Positions 60,355 to 64,000 of a stretch of 64,000 nt of DNA are shown one piece after another (positions within the stretch are counted from its first letter, which is position 1; every line of letters starts with the position of its first letter). The DNA is from Ranitomeya imitator. Its lineage: Eukaryota. The notes below the pieces were generated by a model. That model worked only from the letters and a program-made list of their open reading frames with translations, made no database searches and was not told the DNA's origin. Made by a program: the position numbers and the translations under genes. The stretch lies in assembly GCF_032444005.1 (NCBI RefSeq), contig NC_091290.1:32860001-32924000 (forward strand), given 5' to 3'.

Positions 60355-61857
60355 TATGTTGAGTCATTCGCAGGTACTACACAAAGGAGAATTCTAAAAA
60401 GCTTCAACTACAAAGATCATGCCAGAAACATAATTAGTACACCTCTTCAGAAACATTAAGTCCATCTTAATAAAAAAAAAATATGCTGTATGAAATGTGA
60501 GGTCAATTTGACATCAGAAGGTAGACCTCTGAGCGGTATTTAATGTGTCATCTTGGAAAATCTGCCCATCAACACACAGATGTCAGAAGAGTTAGATGAT
60601 TCAGGCAAGTCTGTAATGAAATCCGAGGAATCAAAGATACAGGGACTATCGGGAATTATAATATACCATTGGTTATTTTGGGTATTTATTGTTTGGGGGT
60701 CATCTAATATGGTTTGATATGTCTATAACTGGCTTATGCGTTACCTAAAATGGCTTGATATGTCTGTTTTGTACTTATGTGTCAGCATGGATTTCAACAT
60801 CAATCTAAATTTGTTCTGTTGTGATTATGACCATATTTGAAGATCTCGTTACCCATCGCTTGACCGTTGCAATTAATATTATTTATATTGATTATAAGAG
60901 AGATACGATAGTTGGCCTACTTTAATGTGACCGTACACATTAGACTAATGTCGGTTGAGCTGACATCGATTGAATAGCCGACACTCATATCTATGGGGGC
61001 ATCGGTCAACTGATCGTGGGTGTAGATGTCTACCGAGTATGTCTGATTTTGGACTGCCAATTGCTTCATTCTCCCAGAGATGATTTGCCAACAGAGCTGT
61101 CTATCGGCGGCTTTCTCATAGAGAACACAGAGGTTCTCGGCCGAGCAAGTGTTCCTGTGTATGGGAGAGACGGCCAAGATGGCTGTTGGCCAACATATAG
61201 TATTTTCGTCACGCACTTACTGTATACACTTTATTTTCTTTTTGAGTGTTTACTTTTTAAGTGTTTGCAGTTGAGTTGATCCCGATATCCTATCGGACTG
61301 TGCCGGTTCTCCTTATATACAGGTATTTTATTATAGACTGTGATATGAAAAAGAAAATTGCCCCCAAAATTGTATTTAACACAAAAAATGATTTAAACAA
61401 AGATAATCTTCTGATCACACTTTCACTTTTCAAGAGTTGTCCATTTTTGATAACACCCTAAACTATTCTGGAAGGTTCGGCAATCAGCTGTTATCAGGAC
61501 TGGTACATATTTGGTGCATTATCTTATTTTATCCATAGTATTTAAAATAGATATTTCTCCTATGAAATCTAATATCTACAGTCAGGGTCAGAATGGGGAG
61601 TCTGGGGCCCACAGTGGGAATTGACCCTGGGGACCCACCCTACAGCTATATGCAAATATCTGTTAGCCATTATCCTCGATACAGTGGAGCGTCGACTGTA
61701 AAACACAGGCGTCTCCTGCACATCTATTGTGCGCCACCATAACTGGGATGTACAATTACGGTAGTTTGCAGTAAAGGTCTTCTTGATGAAAACAATTTAT
61801 CACCGATTCATAGGTTAGGTAACATAACTTATTGATCTGTGGAATCCGACCAATGGA

Positions 61858-63061
61858 GCAAAAGCACAAAGAGAGGATTCAGAGATCCTCCAAAAATTAG
61901 AAAAAAACAGCAGCAAAACACGGCAGAGGTTCTTACCTGCCTAGGCCCCCAAACAAATGCACTAACAGGATGCAGTGGAACCATGTGGTAAAATAGAAAC
62001 ACAGGTGCAGCATAACCGATGACGCAGCCACTCACCAGCTACCAAACTAATGGAGGGGGTGGCTGCTTGGCACATAGCTGCACATAAAAACTTGTATGTG
62101 GTGCTGTTCACACAATGGAGATGCACAGCATCCAGGCAAGCCTAGTAGTGACACCCTTCTATTAGATCAGGCGGGCCTGCCCAGCGCTATCCAAATGCAC
62201 CCCATGTGCACAGACACCACAGTTTACAAGCAGAAAATGGGCCCAACTGCACCCCGAAAAAAAGTGCAAAAAACACATAAAAAAAATAAATAAATAACCC
62301 ACGTCAAGGGTCCTCACGCTTATGAGTCCTATCTCTAAACAGCAAAAGCACAAAAAGAGGATTCAGAGATCCTCCAAAAATTAGAAAAATATGGATAGCG
62401 CTGGGCAGGCCCGCCTGATCTAATAGAAGGGTGTGCATCTCCATTGTGTGAACAGCGCCGCATCCTGTTAGTGCATTTGTTTGGAGGCCTAGGCAGGTAA
62501 GAACCTCTGCCGTGTTTTGCTGCTGTTTTTTCTAATTTTTGGAGGATCTCTGAATCCTCTTTTTGTGCTTTTGCTGTTTAGAGATAGGACTCATAAGCGT
62601 GAGGACCCTTGACGTGGGTTATGAGCTTGTGTATTTTGGCCAGAATATAAACCAATACCTCACATAATATATATTTTTTTTTTATGTGTTTTTTGCACTT
62701 TTTTTCGGGGTGCAGTTGGGCCCATTTTCTGCTTGTAAACTGTGGTGTCTGTGCACATGGGGTGCATTTGGATAGCGCTGGGCAGGCCCGCCTGATCTAA
62801 TAGAAGGGTGTCACTACTAGGCCTGCCTGGATGCTGTGCATCTCCATTGTGTGAACAGCGCCACATACAAGTTTTTATGTGCAGCTATGTGCCAAGCAGC
62901 CACCCCCTCCATTAGTTTGGTAGCTGGTGAGTGGCTGCGTCATCGGTTATGCTGCACCTGTGTTTCTATTTTACCACATGGGTCCACTGCATCCTGTTAG
63001 TGCATTTGTTTGGAGGCCTAGGCAGGTAAGAACCTCTGCCGTGTTTTGCTGCTGTTTTTTC
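61858..63061. mobile_element. Tandem-plus-inverted array of a ~530 nt non-coding monomer (Penelope-like architecture)
   Basis: Arm 1 is 61858-62389 and arm 2 (inverted) is 62392-63060; period 529 in arm 2; flanked by GAATCCGACCA(A/T)TGGA. Confidence 0.8.
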
Positions 63062-63346
63062 GAATCCGACCATTGGAAAAATGGGGAACTTTTATCCTTG
63101 GCAGGGAACTTTTATCCCCATTTTAAAATGAAGTGGCAGATGGGATGTGTGACTGCAGCTCCATTCATCCTCTTTGGAGGCTTCCAAAAAAGCCAAGTGC
63201 AGCCATTTAGGGAATGAATGGATCAGTGGTCGAGTCGTACATACTGCTCCATATTAAGGGGGATAAAAGTTGCACATTCTGCAGATCGATGCAGGTCCCA
63301 GCAGTCGGACCCTCACCAATCAATAACTTATTATCATTTATCCTTT

Positions 63347-63540
63347 GGCCATGTTCACACGTTCAGTATTTGGTCAGTATTTTACATCAGTATTTGTAAG
63401 CTAAAACCAGGAGTGGAACAATCGGAGGAAAAGTATAATAGAAACACGTCACCACTTCTGCATTTTTCACCCACTCCTGGTTTTGGCTTACAAATACTGA
63501 TGTAAAATACTGACCAAAAACTGATTGTGTGAACATGGCC
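63347..63540. mobile_element. PIF/Harbinger-type palindromic MITE
   Basis: GGCCATGTTCACAC...GTGTGAACATGGCC; flanks TTT/TTA (TWA-type TSD with one change). Confidence 0.75.
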
Positions 63541-63759
63541 TTAGGATAGGCGATTACTTGTTTTCACCATAGAATCCCTGTAAGTGCATAGTTGCTACTG
63601 TGTAATAGTCATAGGAGAGGGAAGGGTTAAATGTCCAAGCATTTAATCTCTGTTGGAAATCAAGAATCTTCCCCTTATTGATATCAGAGAGAACAAGTGA
63701 CCTCCAAACACAACACAATCCTCTATACCAAGACCAATAATACCTCATAAAAGGACTAG

Positions 63760-64000
63760 GTCACATATTACCACCACATAGTGACCGAAAAATACCACAT
63801 ACAAAGGACAAATACAGTCACACAATCATCCCCAGATCACATATTACCACCACATAGTGACCGAATAATACCACATAAAAGGGACAAATACAGTCATACC
63901 ATCACCAGATCACATATTACCACTACATAGTGACCAAATAATACCACATACCATGCTCCTCCTCCTCCACATACCATGCTCCTCCTCCTCCACATACCAT
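63760..64000. repeat. Tandem repeats at the window edge
   Basis: ~77 bp CACATATTACCACCACATAGTGACC... units, then CCACATACCATGCTCCTCCTCCT units. Confidence 0.75.

Noticed and set aside
62024-62066. Twister-like ending (TGGAGGGGG) in a hairpin
   Set aside because: Interior is only ~27 nt, with no UAA cleavage loop, P4 or pseudoknot partners; it is a plain hairpin
62590-62625. GTGAGGA plus CCC/GGG stem resembling a hammerhead or pistol core
   Set aside because: No CUGA start and no GAAA after the stem; pistol P1/pseudoknot not found

Overview
Vertebrate genomic DNA, most likely a frog (inferred from the repeat content: DIRS1, Penelope-like, TTAA-flanked T2/Kolobok-type MITEs, Tc1, CR1). There are three spliced genes, all reconstructed by hand with GT-AG boundaries and continuous phase. 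DPP3 is on the minus strand (12 coding exons, 486 codons, HELLGH motif) and runs off the left edge. MRPL11 is on the plus strand (5 coding exons, 192 aa, complete, with a 17 kb intron 3). NPAS4 is on the minus strand (8 exons, 723 aa, complete). PELI3, which lies between MRPL11 and DPP3 in human, is not visible. DIRS1 tyrosine-recombinase retrotransposons cluster in and after MRPL11: an old minus-strand relic, a 9.1 kb two-unit chimera sharing one ITR/ICR set, and a 4.9 kb copy lacking most of its recombinase. The most notable non-genic signals are a minimal hammerhead ribozyme in MRPL11 intron 4, an inverted pair of decayed hammerheads, and an ORF-less ~530 nt monomer inserted as a tandem-plus-inverted array with a 16 bp target duplication. 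Others are a 570 bp palindromic MITE in the probable MRPL11 3' UTR and a readable NPAS4 regulatory set (RE1, CArG including the exact c-fos SRE core, half-CREs, MEF2-like site). No database search or folding computation was run, so family assignments rest on recognised motifs.
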